Source of the DNA: an uncultured delta proteobacterium
GTDB lineage: Bacteria > Desulfobacterota > Binatia > Binatales > Binataceae
Assembly: GCA_963710425.1 (NCBI GenBank)
Contig: CAVQAR010000024.1
Location: 229,042-293,041 of the forward strand
Direction of reading: 5' to 3'
DNA: 64,000 bases
Positions 30,918 to 41,577 of this stretch are shown here, piece after piece (the stretch's first letter is position 1; the number at the start of each line of letters is the position of its first letter). Position numbers and translations under genes: made by a program. The notes beneath the pieces were generated by a model. The model was given only the letters and a program-made list of their open reading frames with translations. It ran no database searches and was not told the origin of the DNA.

Positions 30918-31721
30918 TTACGTCGTTCCACTATTTGTTTCCCCGCGCGCGATGATCTCCGCCGCCAGCCCGCGATATCCTTCCGCGCCTGCCGACTTCG
31001 GCTCGTATTCGAACACGGACAGTCCATGACTCGGGCTTTCCGACAGCCGCACGCTGCGCGGAATCACGCTCTCAAAAACTTTTTCAGGAAAATGTTTTCT
31101 GACTTCGTCGGAGATTTCGTGACTCAGCCGGTTGCGCGAGTCGAACATCGTGAGCACCAGCCCTTCGAGCTCGAGAGTCGGCCTGAGCGCCGCCTTGACC
31201 TTGTTGATCGTGCCGAGCAGCGCGCTCAGACCTTCGAGCGCGTAGTACTCGCATTGCATCGGCACCAGCACCGAGTCCGCCGCGACCAGCGCATTCAACG
31301 TGAGAATCCCAAGCGACGGTGGCGTGTCAATTAGAACATAGTTATATTCCGACCGGACTGGCTCCAGGAGCGCTCGCAAGCGTCGCTCGCGCCCTTCCAT
31401 CGTGACCAGCTCGATCTCGGCGCCGACCAGGTCGTCGCCCGCCGGCGCCAGCCACAACGTCGGCCGCACCTGCCGGACAATTTCGCCGATCGGCAAGCCG
31501 CCGACCAGCGCCTGGTAGATAGTCTTGCCCTCGCTGCGCGCGGCGCTAACGTCCTCTGGAGTGGCGATACCGGAAGTGGCGTTGCCCTGAGGGTCGAGGT
31601 CGACAAGCAGGATCTTGCGGCCAGAGTCGGCCAAAGCGAAGGCCAGATTGATAGCCGTCGTAGTCTTGCCGACGCCGCCTTTCTGATTTGCGATAGCGAT
31701 TACCCGCCCCACGACAACCAC
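30918..31721 (-). CDS. parA: Chromosome partitioning ATPase ParA/Soj
   Basis: NQKGGVGKTTT, DLDPQGNAT, DTPPSLG, QCEYYALEG. Confidence 0.97.
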   Translation of the reverse strand: MVVVGRVIAIANQKGGVGKTTTAINLAFALADSGRKILLVDLDPQGNATSGIATPEDVSAARSEGKTIYQALVGGLPIGEIVRQVRPTLWLAPAGDDLVGAEIELVTMEGRERRLRALLEPVRSEYNYVLIDTPPSLGILTLNALVAADSVLVPMQCEYYALEGLSALLGTINKVKAALRPTLELEGLVLTMFDSRNRLSHEISDEVRKHFPEKVFESVIPRSVRLSESPSHGLSVFEYEPKSAGAEGYRGLAAEIIARGETNSGTT

Positions 31722-31743
31722 CTCACCTCACCGAGCGCGCGGA

Positions 31744-31876
31744 CGTTTCACGTGAAACAGTCCGGCCCGAGAACATTAAATCCGCGCCTGATCAAATAAA
31801 AGCAAATCGCGCGATCCGATTTGCACAACTATCTGATTTTATTGATTTTTCGGGCAGGAATGTTTCACGTGAAACG
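31744..31876. promoter_or_regulatory. Two parS sites (31744-31759, 31861-31876)
   Basis: CGTTTCACGTGAAACA and TGTTTCACGTGAAACG versus consensus TGTTTCACGTGAAACA. Confidence 0.92.
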
Positions 31877-32077
31877 TCCCCGAAGCGCGAATCGTTGTGT
31901 CATTCTGAAGGCCGCAGGCCGTAGAATCCCGGATCCGGAACCCTACCGCTTCGCTTCAGGGTGACAGCAAACTACGCAGCTACGAACGGATGGCTGTCCG
32001 CGCAAAACCAAAAATACTGGGTGCAGGGGTCACCCCTGCCCAAGGAGGTGTGGAACCCACGGCGGGTTCCACTTTGA

Positions 32078-32836
32078 TTATCTACGAATCCAGGTCGCTA
32101 CTGTGCGATGAAAAACGTCGCGGCCATGCCTCAAATCATAGACGGATCCGATACCATCGAAGAGCCCCGCCTTATTCGCAGCCGCTTCCATGACCGGACC
32201 GAACTCCTGATCCGCGCTGACGTAGAGCATCAACACACCCTCGAGCCGCAATGCGCGACCGGCTATCTCGAACAGCATTGCCGGGTTCCCGACCGCTCGC
32301 GACGTGACCACATCAAACCCGTCGCGCACGTCGAGCGACTCCGCCTGCGCACATTCCACGCGCACGTTCTTCAGTCCCATCTCAATCACAGCCTCGCTCA
32401 GGAACGTCGCCCGCTTGCGCCGCGCCTCGACCAGCGTCACGTGCGCGTTGATCGCCGCCGCGATCACCAGCCCCGGGAAGCCGGCGCCGCTACCAATGTC
32501 CAACACCCGATGCGTCCCGCTCAGCCGAACGATCTTCGACGCGACGGCGATAGACACTGGAATGATACTGTCGAAGACGTGAAAGACGATCTCGTCGGGG
32601 TCCTTCGGATGCGCCGTCAGGTTGATCTTCGGCCCCCACACGGCGAGCGTCGCCGCCATCCGCTCGATCCGGTCAAGGAACTGGACGGTATTGGCGACCA
32701 TCCCAAGCGGCGCAACCGCCGGCGCCAACTGCTCCCGAACCGCGGCAGCAATCTCGTCAGGAGTCAGAGCCTTTTTCCGGGGCGCCGCCTTGGACGCGCG
32801 CTTTTTCGGCGCTGTAACCTTGCTCTTATGTTTCAC
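32078..32836 (-). CDS. rsmG: 16S rRNA m7G527 methyltransferase RsmG (GidB); start uncertain
   Basis: INLTA, HVFDS, LDIGSGAGFPG, VTSRAV; located between mnmG and parA. Confidence 0.93.
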   Translation of the reverse strand: MKHKSKVTAPKKRASKAAPRKKALTPDEIAAAVREQLAPAVAPLGMVANTVQFLDRIERMAATLAVWGPKINLTAHPKDPDEIVFHVFDSIIPVSIAVASKIVRLSGTHRVLDIGSGAGFPGLVIAAAINAHVTLVEARRKRATFLSEAVIEMGLKNVRVECAQAESLDVRDGFDVVTSRAVGNPAMLFEIAGRALRLEGVLMLYVSADQEFGPVMEAAANKAGLFDGIGSVYDLRHGRDVFHRTVATWIRR

Positions 32837-33116
32837 GTGAAACGTCGATCGCAAAATCTTAAGTAGCTGATTTTATTGAATAATCGTACCAAAATGTTTC
32901 ACGTGAAACGTCGCAGTCGGTGAAACAACTTCTTTCCCTTTCACTGGGTGCAGAGGGGTCACCCCTGCTTTCACATGAAACGTCGATCGCAAAATCTTAA
33001 GTACCTGATTTTATTGAGTAATCGCATCAAAATGTTTCACGTGAAACGTCCCTACTCGGTAAAACAAACTCCCCTTTCACTGGGTGCAGGGGTCACCCCT
33101 GCTTTCACGTGAAACG
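32829..33116. promoter_or_regulatory. Array of five parS sites in a tandem duplication
   Basis: 16-mers starting at 32829, 32895, 32967 (GCTTTCACATGAAACG), 33033 and 33101. Confidence 0.9.
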
Positions 33117-33126
33117 TCGGCAAAGC

Positions 33127-35005
33127 TCAGATCGCCCGGGCATTTCGATCGCGACGGCTCTTAATATGCACCGCCAGGATCGAGATTGCCGCCGGCGTGA
33201 TCCCCGGCATTCGCGCCGCCTGCCCCAACGACCGCGGACGCACCGCATATAAGCCGCTCCGACACCTCGGTCGAAAGCCCCATCACGCCCTTGAAATCCA
33301 CCCAGTCCGGAATCTGTGTGTCCTCGAGACGCGCGAACCGCTCGACCGCCTCGACCTGCCGCCGTACGTAGCCCTCGTATTTGACTTCGGTCTCGAGCTC
33401 CGCCGCTTCGTCGAGGTTCAGCGTCGACTCGACCCCGCTCATCTTGATCAAGGCGTCGTAGCCAATCTCGGGACGCTTCAGCAGCTCGATTGCACGCACC
33501 GGCTGCGCGATCGGTGTGGATCCATGCGCAACGATCGCCGAATTGACCTCGTCTGACGCGTGAATCAGCGTCAATTTGAGCCGCGCAATTTCTGCGCGCA
33601 CCGCCTCGGTTTTGGCCCGCACGCGCGCACCCGCCGACGCGCCGAGCAATCCCAGCTGCTCGCCAATCGGCGACAGCCGTCGGTCCGCGTTATCCTCGCG
33701 CAGCAGCAGCCGATACTCCGCGCGCGACGTGAACATCCGGTACGGCTCGCCGCCGATCCCGCGCGTCACCAGGTCGTCGATCATCACGCCGATATACGCC
33801 TGGTCGCGACGCAAGATCAGCGCCGGCTCGCCCCGCACCCTCAACGCCGCGTTGATCCCCGCAATCAGCCCCTGCGCGCCCGCCTCCTCATATCCCGTCG
33901 TCCCGTTGATTTGCCCCGCGAAGAACAGCCCGCGCACCAGCTTGGTCTCGAGCGACGACATCAACTGCGTGGGGTCCGAAAAATCGTACTCGATCGCGTA
34001 CCCCGGCCGCATTATCTCGGCCTGCTCGAGCCCGACAATTGAACGCACCATCGCCAGCTGCACGTCGAGCGGCAGGCTCGTCGACAGCCCGTTGGGATAG
34101 ACCTCGACCGTATCGCGCCCCTCAGGCTCGAGGAAAATCTGATGCCGCAGTTTGTCCCGAAACCGCATCACCTTGTCCTCGACCGACGGGCAATAGCGCG
34201 GCCCCTTGCTCTGGATCACCCCGGAATACATCGGCGAGCGATCGATACCGCCGCGGATAATCTCGTGAGTGCGCGCGTTGGTCCACGTCAGATGGCAAGG
34301 GATCTGTTCCTGCGTAATTTTCTCAGTCCGAAATGAGAACGGCGGCGGCGGCTCGTCACCCGGCTGAATCTCCAACGCAGAGTAGTCGATCGTGCGCGAG
34401 TCCAGCCGCGGGCAAGTGCCAGTCTTCAAGCGCCCCATTCGAAAACCCAACTGCGCCAGATGCTCGCTCAGGCCCATCGCGGCAAAATCGCCAGCCCGTC
34501 CCGCCGAATAATTCTTCATCCCGATATGCACGAGGCCCTTCAGGAACGTGCCGGTCGTGAGGATCACAGTCGGCGCCTCGAACACCTCGCCAATCTGCGA
34601 CTCGACTCCGCGCACCGCGCCGTCCGCGACGATCAGCCGCTCGACACTCGCCTGCCGCACCTGGAGATTCGCGGTCCGCTCGAGCACCCGCTTGCTGCGC
34701 GCTCGATAAAAGGCCTTGTCCGCCTGCGCGCGCCGCGCGCGAACCGCCGGCCCCTTGCGCGTATTCAGAAATCGGAACTGAATTCCAGTCTCGTCGGTCG
34801 CCAGACCCATCTCACCGCCCAGCGCGTCGATCTCGCGGACCAGGTGCCCCTTGCCGATCCCGCCGATCGCCGGATTGCAGGACATCTGCCCGATATGGTC
34901 GAGGTTAAGCGTGAGCATCAGCGTGCTCGCACCCATCCGCGCGGCAGCCAGCGCCGCTTCGATCCCGGCATGCCCGGCGCCGACAATGATAACGTCGTAA
35001 TTCAT
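33127..35005 (-). CDS. mnmG: tRNA modification enzyme MnmG (GidA); frameshift near 33250
   Basis: [60 protein letters not shown]; C-terminal [13 protein letters not shown] in a shifted frame. Confidence 0.97.
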
Positions 35006-35422
35006 AGCGAGCAGCGATTATTGCCCGCCTCGATGCTCCCGCGCAAAGCGCGCGCTACACACTGTTGTACAAATTACTATCCTACAGTAGAAGACACAAA
35101 TTGTATGTGAAACCCGCGATGGGTTTCACGCTTCCTTCGGCAGGGGTGACCCCTGCACCCAGTGATAAGAAATCGCGAAATGGCGAGGACGCCATTTCGC
35201 TCAACACCAATAATCCGGTCCCCTTTCCCGCTCGGGAAGGGGTTAGAGGGGTAGGTTGTCCTCATCATCCGCAACGCACTCTCCCAACAATCTGTTCCCC
35301 CTTTCCCACGGGAAAGGGGGTGAGGGGGATAGGACGCGGCGGAATAGTTGTCTCAAATCCGGTTCCCCTTCCCACTATGGGAAGGGGTTAGGGGTTAGGT
35401 TGCTCGCGACGGTCGCCGCTCA

Positions 35423-36813
35423 CTACTTCCCAATACAGAAATCCCTGAAGATCGCGTCGAGCACATCCTCACCGCTGACCTCGCCGGTAATCGATCCAAG
35501 CGCAGCCGCCGCGGCCATAATATCGACCGCAACGATCTCCGGCGGCATCAAAGATAGCGCAGCGGTGCGTGCGTTCTTCAACGCGCCCAGCACTACGGCG
35601 AGCGCATCGCGATGCCGCTCGCGCGAAATCGCAATTTGATCGTTGGCCGCTGGTGCGGATGGCTCGATAAGCGCGGCGATCGCTTTCGTCAGCTCGGCGC
35701 GCACGATCGCGGCTTCGCTCGAGATCGATCGCGGACAACGAAAGGATAGGGAGTTTCATGCGATGCTCGCGAAGATCATCAGCCGTGATCGCGGCCCGCA
35801 GATCGCGCTTATTGAGGATCGCAAGGCCGGGGCGGCCGCTAGTCAGGCGAATCACTTCCAGATCGGATTCATCGAGCGCGCGCGACGAATCAAACATCGC
35901 AATCAGCAAATCAGCGTCGCGCGCGGATCGAAGCGTGCGCTCGATCCCGATTCGCTCCACGTCGTCGCTCGATTCGCGCACGCCCGCCGTGTCGTTGAGC
36001 ACCAGCGCGTACGGCCCGAGCTGAACCGAGTCTTCAATCACGTCGCGCGTCGTACCCGCGACTGCGGTGACGATCGCGCGGTCGGCGCCAAGCAACAGAT
36101 TCAGCAAGCTCGACTTGCCGGCGTTGGGTTTGCCGACGATAGTCGCGCGCACCCCTTCGCGCATCAGCAGGCCGCGCGCAAAGCTGTCGTGCAGCATCGC
36201 AACGTCGGCGATCAGCCGCTCGATCTCCGCGGCGACCTCGCGCCGCGACGGCAGCCGGATATCCTCGTCGGAGAAATCGATCTCCACTTCGAGATGCGCC
36301 CGAATCGCGATCACTTGCCCGCGCAAGTCCGCGACCCGCGCGGAAAGCGCGCCCGACAGTTGCGACAACGCATTCGCCAGCGCCGAGTCGCTGCGTGCCG
36401 CGACGATATCAGCGATAGCCTCAGCCTCCGCGAGATCGATTCGACCATTCAAAAATGCACGCCGGGTGAATTCGCCCGGCTCGGCGACGCGCGCGCCCGC
36501 ATCGACGGCCATCGCGACGATACGGCGAACCACGAATTGCCCGCCGTGGCATTGGATCTCGGCGACGTCCTCCCCAGTCAGACTCGCCGGATGCGGCATC
36601 ACAACCGCCAGCGCGCGATCGATACGCGCGCCAGTCGCCGGGATCGACAACGTCACCCAGCCGCATCATCCGCGGCGTCATCGAAGCGGAATGCGCAGGG
36701 CGAAAGATCGCGTCGAGGATCTCAAACGCGCGCGGCCCCGACAGTCGCACGATCGCAACAGCACCAAGGCCGGGCGCAGTGGCAGGCGCAACGATCGTGT
36801 CGGGAAGGTACAT
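35423..36813 (-). CDS. mnmE: tRNA modification GTPase MnmE (TrmE); two apparent frameshifts
   Basis: DTIVAPAT, GEFTRRAFLNGRIDL, GKPNAGKSS, GTTRD, DTAG, NKRD, FCIGK. Confidence 0.97.
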
Positions 36814-37039
36814 ACGAGAAACGTAATTGTAGCGAAACCCACCGTCTGATTCCCTCGCCCCACGTGGGGAGAGGGTTAGGGTGAGGGACCTTGTGCGGCG
36901 CGATTGTTCGTTGCGCCGCACATCCGGAATCTCGGAAATTTGGTCCCTCACCCGCCGCGCTCGGAAGCGCGTCGACCTCTCCCCTCGTGGGGCGAGGCAA
37001 GATCTTGCGGGCTCGCTTCAATATCGCGATAAGCATCTG

Positions 37040-37333
37040 GTGAAGCTCAGAGATCTCTCGGCGCGATTGTTGGCGGGCTGGATCCTCCTCGCGCCCTCGA
37101 TCGATTGTGCGCGGCGGGGGTTGCAGCGGGAGACGCCGTTGTCGGAATGGGAGCGTGGGGACCATTTTTCGTCGCGCGAGAGTTGCGAGAGTTATCGGGC
37201 GACGGTGATCGATGCGGAGAAGAACGATAGCGAGAACATTTATGTCGAGCGGTATTCGTATTCGATTTGCGTGCAGGATGATGACCCGCGATTGAAAGGG
37301 ATTAGTGGTGGCGGCGAGCGACCTAACCCCTAA
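37040..37333 (+). CDS. Small hypothetical protein (two-Cys core); stop codon lies inside a family-A repeat
   Basis: GWILLAP...PLSEW...FSSRESCE...CVQDDDPRLKG; plausible coding composition. Confidence 0.5.
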   Translation: MKLRDLSARLLAGWILLAPSIDCARRGLQRETPLSEWERGDHFSSRESCESYRATVIDAEKNDSENIYVERYSYSICVQDDDPRLKGISGGGERPNP

Positions 37334-37625
37334 CCCCTTCCCATAGTGGGAAGGGGAACCGGATTTATTAAGTGAGAGCGAAATGGCGTCCTCGCCATTT
37401 CGCGATTAGTACTTTTCACTGGGTGCAGGGGTCACCACTGCCGGGGAAGCGTGAAACCCGCGGAGGGTTTCACATTCAATCAAGTTCTCCCTTCCGCGGG
37501 CTCGATGGTGCTTGCTCAATGGCGCGCGGTATGGTTCGATTGCGTGTTCGGGGTCGATTAGATACCCGACCTACTAACCGACCTTTTCGGTCGGAATTCA
37601 AACACCGAGTGAAACGCCCCGATCA

Positions 37626-37784
37626 ATGAAAAGGACCTACCAACCGCATAACCGACGACGCGTTCGAACTCATGGATTCCTGGCGCGGATGGCCACGCCG
37701 GGCGGGCGCAAGATTCTCAAGCGCCGACGCGCCAAGGGCCGCGTGCGCCTGGCGATCACTATCCCGCCCAAGCAGCCGGGCTAA
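37626..37784 (+). CDS. rpmH: 50S ribosomal protein L34 (not in the ORF track)
   Basis: Hand translation: [52 protein letters not shown]. Confidence 0.97.
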   Translation: MKRTYQPHNRRRVRTHGFLARMATPGGRKILKRRRAKGRVRLAITIPPKQPG

Positions 37785-37790
37785 CCCGCA

Positions 37791-38168
37791 GTGCGCGCGC
37801 ATTTGAGCTTCGCGGCGGTCGACCGGCTGCATCGGAGCGCGGAATTTTTGCGCCTCCAACGAGATGGAGTGCGCTTTCAGAGTCCCCATTTTGTGCTGTA
37901 TGCGGGTAGTCTCGACCGTGAGCCGGAGCGCTCGCGGCTGGGGGTTACGGTGTCGCGCAGAATAGGCAACGCGGTGGTGCGAAATCGCGTGAAGCGCCGG
38001 GTGCGCGAGTGTTTCAGGAAAGTGTTGCGGGCACATCTGCCAGTCGGGACCTCGATTGTAGTGATCGCGCGTGGAGGGGCGGGTGCGCTCGAGTCGGCGG
38101 CCATTGGCGATGAACTTGCGATGGCGGCGCGCAATTTGAGCGGACGAATTGTTGGGCGCAAATCATGA
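37791..38168 (+). CDS. rnpA: Ribonuclease P protein component
   Basis: RLGVTVSRRIGNAVVRNRVKRRVRE. Confidence 0.96.
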   Translation: MRAHLSFAAVDRLHRSAEFLRLQRDGVRFQSPHFVLYAGSLDREPERSRLGVTVSRRIGNAVVRNRVKRRVRECFRKVLRAHLPVGTSIVVIARGGAGALESAAIGDELAMAARNLSGRIVGRKS

Positions 38169-38440
38169 CGCTGGCAAATACATCGGATCGTTTGAAAGCT
38201 GCGCCGCGATACGTCGGTGTCGGTATCGTCGCGATTTATCGCGCGGCGGTTTCGCCGGTGATTCATGCGATGAATGGGCCGGCGTGTCGGTTTGAGCCGA
38301 GTTGCTCGGTGTATGCGCGCGATGCGATCGCGGAGTACGGGATTGTCCGCGGCGTTATCATGGCGATTTGGAGAGTTGCGCGGTGCAATCCGATCGGTGG
38401 GCATGGGTTTGATCCGGTGCACGGGCGTGGTTCGCGATGA
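38165..38440 (+). CDS. yidD: Membrane protein insertion efficiency factor YidD
   Basis: CRFEPSCSVY, RVARCNP, GFDPV. Confidence 0.95.
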   Translation: MTLANTSDRLKAAPRYVGVGIVAIYRAAVSPVIHAMNGPACRFEPSCSVYARDAIAEYGIVRGVIMAIWRVARCNPIGGHGFDPVHGRGSR

Positions 38441-38740
38441 AGCGGAATTGCAACTCGCTTTTTTCTTTGTGTCATCCTGAGCGGAGTCTGCGCAGCGAAG
38501 GATCTCGCGCGTCTGCGCGCGTCGCCAGCGCCGGACGCCGGAGCGTCCGTCGAGATTCTTCGCTTCAGCAGCTTTCGCTCAGAATGACACAAAAAAGTGA
38601 GCGCTCGTGCATCGCGCATGCGTCGGCTGCACCCTCACCTACCGGCCGCGATGCGGCCGGCCGCCTCTCCCGTAAAATAACGGGCGAGGTATTTGGAGCG
38701 CACGGACTGCGCGCGCAAGAGCTGAGAACAGGGAACTAAG

Positions 38741-40447
38741 TTGGATTCTAGTCGAGTACTGCTTGCGGTTATTTTGTCGATCATCCTGGTGGTGGCTTAC
38801 CAGGAATTGGTGCTGAAGCGGTTTTTTCCGCCGACGCAACAGCAGCAGCAGGCGGCTGAGCAGGCCAAGGCGGCCAAACTGGCGCAGGGGAATGAGACCG
38901 GCAACGGGCAGGCGACTGCGTTGCCGACTGCGGCGGCTGCGCCCGGAGCAGTCGCGAGCGGTGTGCCGACCGGGAAGCAGTCCAATCCGATGACGCCGTC
39001 GATGGCGCTGGTGCCTGAGCGGACGGTCGAAGTCGATTCGAATTTTTATGTCGCGACGTTCACCACTCGCGGCGCGCGGCTCAAGAGTTTTGTGCTCACG
39101 CGTTATCGGCAGACGCCGGACAAAAACAGTGGGCCGTACGAGATGGTGCAAGTGCCGCCGGGAGGGCATCTGCCGCTCGGCGTCGTGATGACGCGCGAGG
39201 GACAGGTATTCGACGACAGCGATCTCAGTTACGACACGAATGCGCCGGCGAAAATCGAGGCGACGGCAGGAACCGGCGCGACCGCGACCTTCACCGGCAA
39301 GACCGCCGACGGCGCTACTATCACCAAGACGTTCACCTTCAAGCCGTCGAGCTACGTGTTCTCGATGGACGTCACCGCATCTGGCGGCCCGGCGCTGAAT
39401 CAGCTGGGCGTGTCGATGAGCCAGCCGCTCACGGCGAATCAGGGGTACTACAATATCCCTACGCTGGAGGCTGACGTGGCCGACAAATCGTTCACCGAGG
39501 GCGAGAAGGATCTGAAGAAGGGAGTTCCTTCGAGGTCCGGCCCGATCACCTACGCCGGTTTTGGCGATCAGTATTTCCTGTCGGTTTTTCTGCCGGAGGA
39601 TCCGAAGGTCGGCACGCTCGCGATGGCGTACACCGGCGACGAAGCGATCGCGCGAATCCTGTTCGATGGCGCGACGCGAACCCACAACGAAATCTACATG
39701 GGGCCGAAGCTGCTCGAGGCGCTGGAAGGGGTGAATCCGGCGCTGACCAAGGCGATCACGTTCGGCTGGGCGGGAATCCTCGCGATTATTTTTCTGCGCG
39801 TCCTGAAACTATTTCACTACGTCGCGCCCAACTACGGGGTCGACATTATTCTGGTGACAGTGGCCTTAAGGGTTGCGCTCCTGCCGATCTCGATCAGAAG
39901 CCAGCGCTCGATGATGAAGATGCAGCGGCTGCAGCCGCAGATTCAGCGGCTGCGCGACAAGCTCAAGGACAACAACGAGCAGTTGCAGAAGGAGATGGTC
40001 GATCTCTACAAGCGCAATCACGTCAACCCGCTCGGCGGATGCGCGCCGATGGCGCTGCAATTGCCGATTTTTATCGGGATGTACGAGGCGCTGCGGAACT
40101 CGGTCGAGCTGCGGCATGCGCCGTTCGTCGGCTGGATCAACGATTTGTCCACCCCCGACTGCCTGCATATTTCGTGGATGCCGCAACTGCCGCTGACCCA
40201 TTGCCATGGCCTGCCGGTGCTGGTGCTGCTGATGGGTATCACGAGTTTTTTGCAGCAGTACATGACGCCGACCACGCCGGATCCGAATCAGCAGCGGATG
40301 ATGATGCTGACGCCGCTGATTTTCACGATTATGTTGATAAACTTTCCCGCGGGGCTGGCTTTGTATTATTTTTCGTCTAACCTGCTTGGCGTTATCCAGC
40401 AATACTTTCTTAACCGTGAATTCCAACAGTACACGCCGGCCACATGA
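38741..40447 (+). CDS. yidC: Membrane protein insertase YidC
   Basis: YMGPK, SMMKMQRLQP, VNPLGGC.P, PAGLALY. Confidence 0.97.
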   Translation: MDSSRVLLAVILSIILVVAYQELVLKRFFPPTQQQQQAAEQAKAAKLAQGNETGNGQATALPTAAAAPGAVASGVPTGKQSNPMTPSMALVPERTVEVDSNFYVATFTTRGARLKSFVLTRYRQTPDKNSGPYEMVQVPPGGHLPLGVVMTREGQVFDDSDLSYDTNAPAKIEATAGTGATATFTGKTADGATITKTFTFKPSSYVFSMDVTASGGPALNQLGVSMSQPLTANQGYYNIPTLEADVADKSFTEGEKDLKKGVPSRSGPITYAGFGDQYFLSVFLPEDPKVGTLAMAYTGDEAIARILFDGATRTHNEIYMGPKLLEALEGVNPALTKAITFGWAGILAIIFLRVLKLFHYVAPNYGVDIILVTVALRVALLPISIRSQRSMMKMQRLQPQIQRLRDKLKDNNEQLQKEMVDLYKRNHVNPLGGCAPMALQLPIFIGMYEALRNSVELRHAPFVGWINDLSTPDCLHISWMPQLPLTHCHGLPVLVLLMGITSFLQQYMTPTTPDPNQQRMMMLTPLIFTIMLINFPAGLALYYFSSNLLGVIQQYFLNREFQQYTPAT

Positions 40448-41480
40448 GCAATATGGACTCGACAGAAGTAGAGGCCGCCTCGGTGGAAGAGGCGACCAGG
40501 GCAGCCCTCGAGCAGCTTGGCGCACGCGAGGACGAGGTCTCGGTCGAAATTTTAGCGACGCCGCGCGCGGGCGTGCTCGGATTGGGCGCGCGCCCGGCGC
40601 GGGTGCGAGTGACGCGCAAAGCCGCGGATGCGGCGACTGCCGCGCAGACGCCGGCGTCGTCGCCGTCATCGTCAGCTGGGCAAGCGCCGCAGGCACGCGG
40701 CGAAAATCCGGCTGACGGGCGTCCTCGCGGACGCGAGGATCAGCGGCGCGGTCGCCGCGACGGTCGCGCGCGCAATCAGAATCCGCCGGCACCGGCCGGC
40801 GAAGATGACAGCGGCGCCGCGGGCCGCAAAAGCGCCAACCTCGAAGAGCAGCGCCGCGAGGCGATGGCTATCCTCAAGCAGATCCTCGAGCAGATGGGCG
40901 AGCCGACCGACGTGCGCGCAAATCGAAGTCGATGCGGAAACGGTCGAGATCGAAATCAAGGGCGACGGCTCGGGAATTCTGATCGGACGGCATGGGCAGA
41001 CGCTCGACGCGCTCGAGTACATCGTGAATCGGATCCTCGCGCGTCGAATCAAGGACGCGGCGCCGATTTCGCTCGAGACCGAATCGTATCGCGCGCGCGC
41101 GGCGCCAGCAGTTGGCTCGGATGGCGCTGTCGATGGGCGAGAAGGCCAAGCGCGAGCATAAGCCGGTGCGCCTGGAGCCGATGCCGCCACGCGACCGCCG
41201 CGTGGTGCATCTGGCGTTGAAGGATGACCCGATGATCACTACGCGATCGGCGGGCGACGGGATAATGCGATCGATCGAGATCGTGCCCAGCGACGGCGGA
41301 CGTGCGCAGCCGCGCGGAGATGGACAGCAGAATCGCGGGCGCCGTCGCGACGGCGGCGGCGGGCAACCGAATCGCGAGCGCGAGCGGGAGCAGGAGGTCC
41401 AGCGGATCGAGCCCGAGCGCGGGAACGAGGCGATTGGGGAGCAAGGCGGATTCAAGCACGGGCAGAAGCGGATTGTGTGA
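40444..41480 (+). CDS. jag: RNA-binding protein Jag/EloR (KH + R3H); two apparent frameshifts
   Basis: Jag_N (GVLGLGARPARVRV), LIGRHGQTLDALEY, MPPRDRRVVH. Confidence 0.92.
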
Positions 41481-41495
41481 GGAAGATTGAACGAG

Positions 41496-41566
41496 GAACT
41501 TGATTGTATGTGAAACCCACCGTGGGTTTCACACTTCCTTGGGCAGGGGTGACCCCTGCACCCAGT
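41496..41566 (-). repeat. Family-E repeat, inverted relative to 37418-37487
   Basis: Reverse complement ACTGGGTGCAGGGGTCACCCCTGCCCAAGGAAGTGTGAAACCCACGGTGGGTTTCACATACAATCAAGTTC. Other E copies near 28320, 29610, 30855, 32017, 32944, 33079 and 35105. Confidence 0.9.
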
Positions 41567-41577
41567 ATTAAAAATTG

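Noticed and set aside
32829-33116. Possible CRISPR array (regularly spaced palindromes)
   Set aside because: The repeats are 16-bp parS consensus sites, the spacers are themselves duplicated, and there are no cas genes.
29462-38739. Short ORFs over repeat modules (e.g. 29462-29812, 30713-31027, 35065-35391, 37372-37629, 38437-38739)
   Set aside because: Translations of palindromic repeats (PFP.GKG, GAGVTPA), not credible genes.
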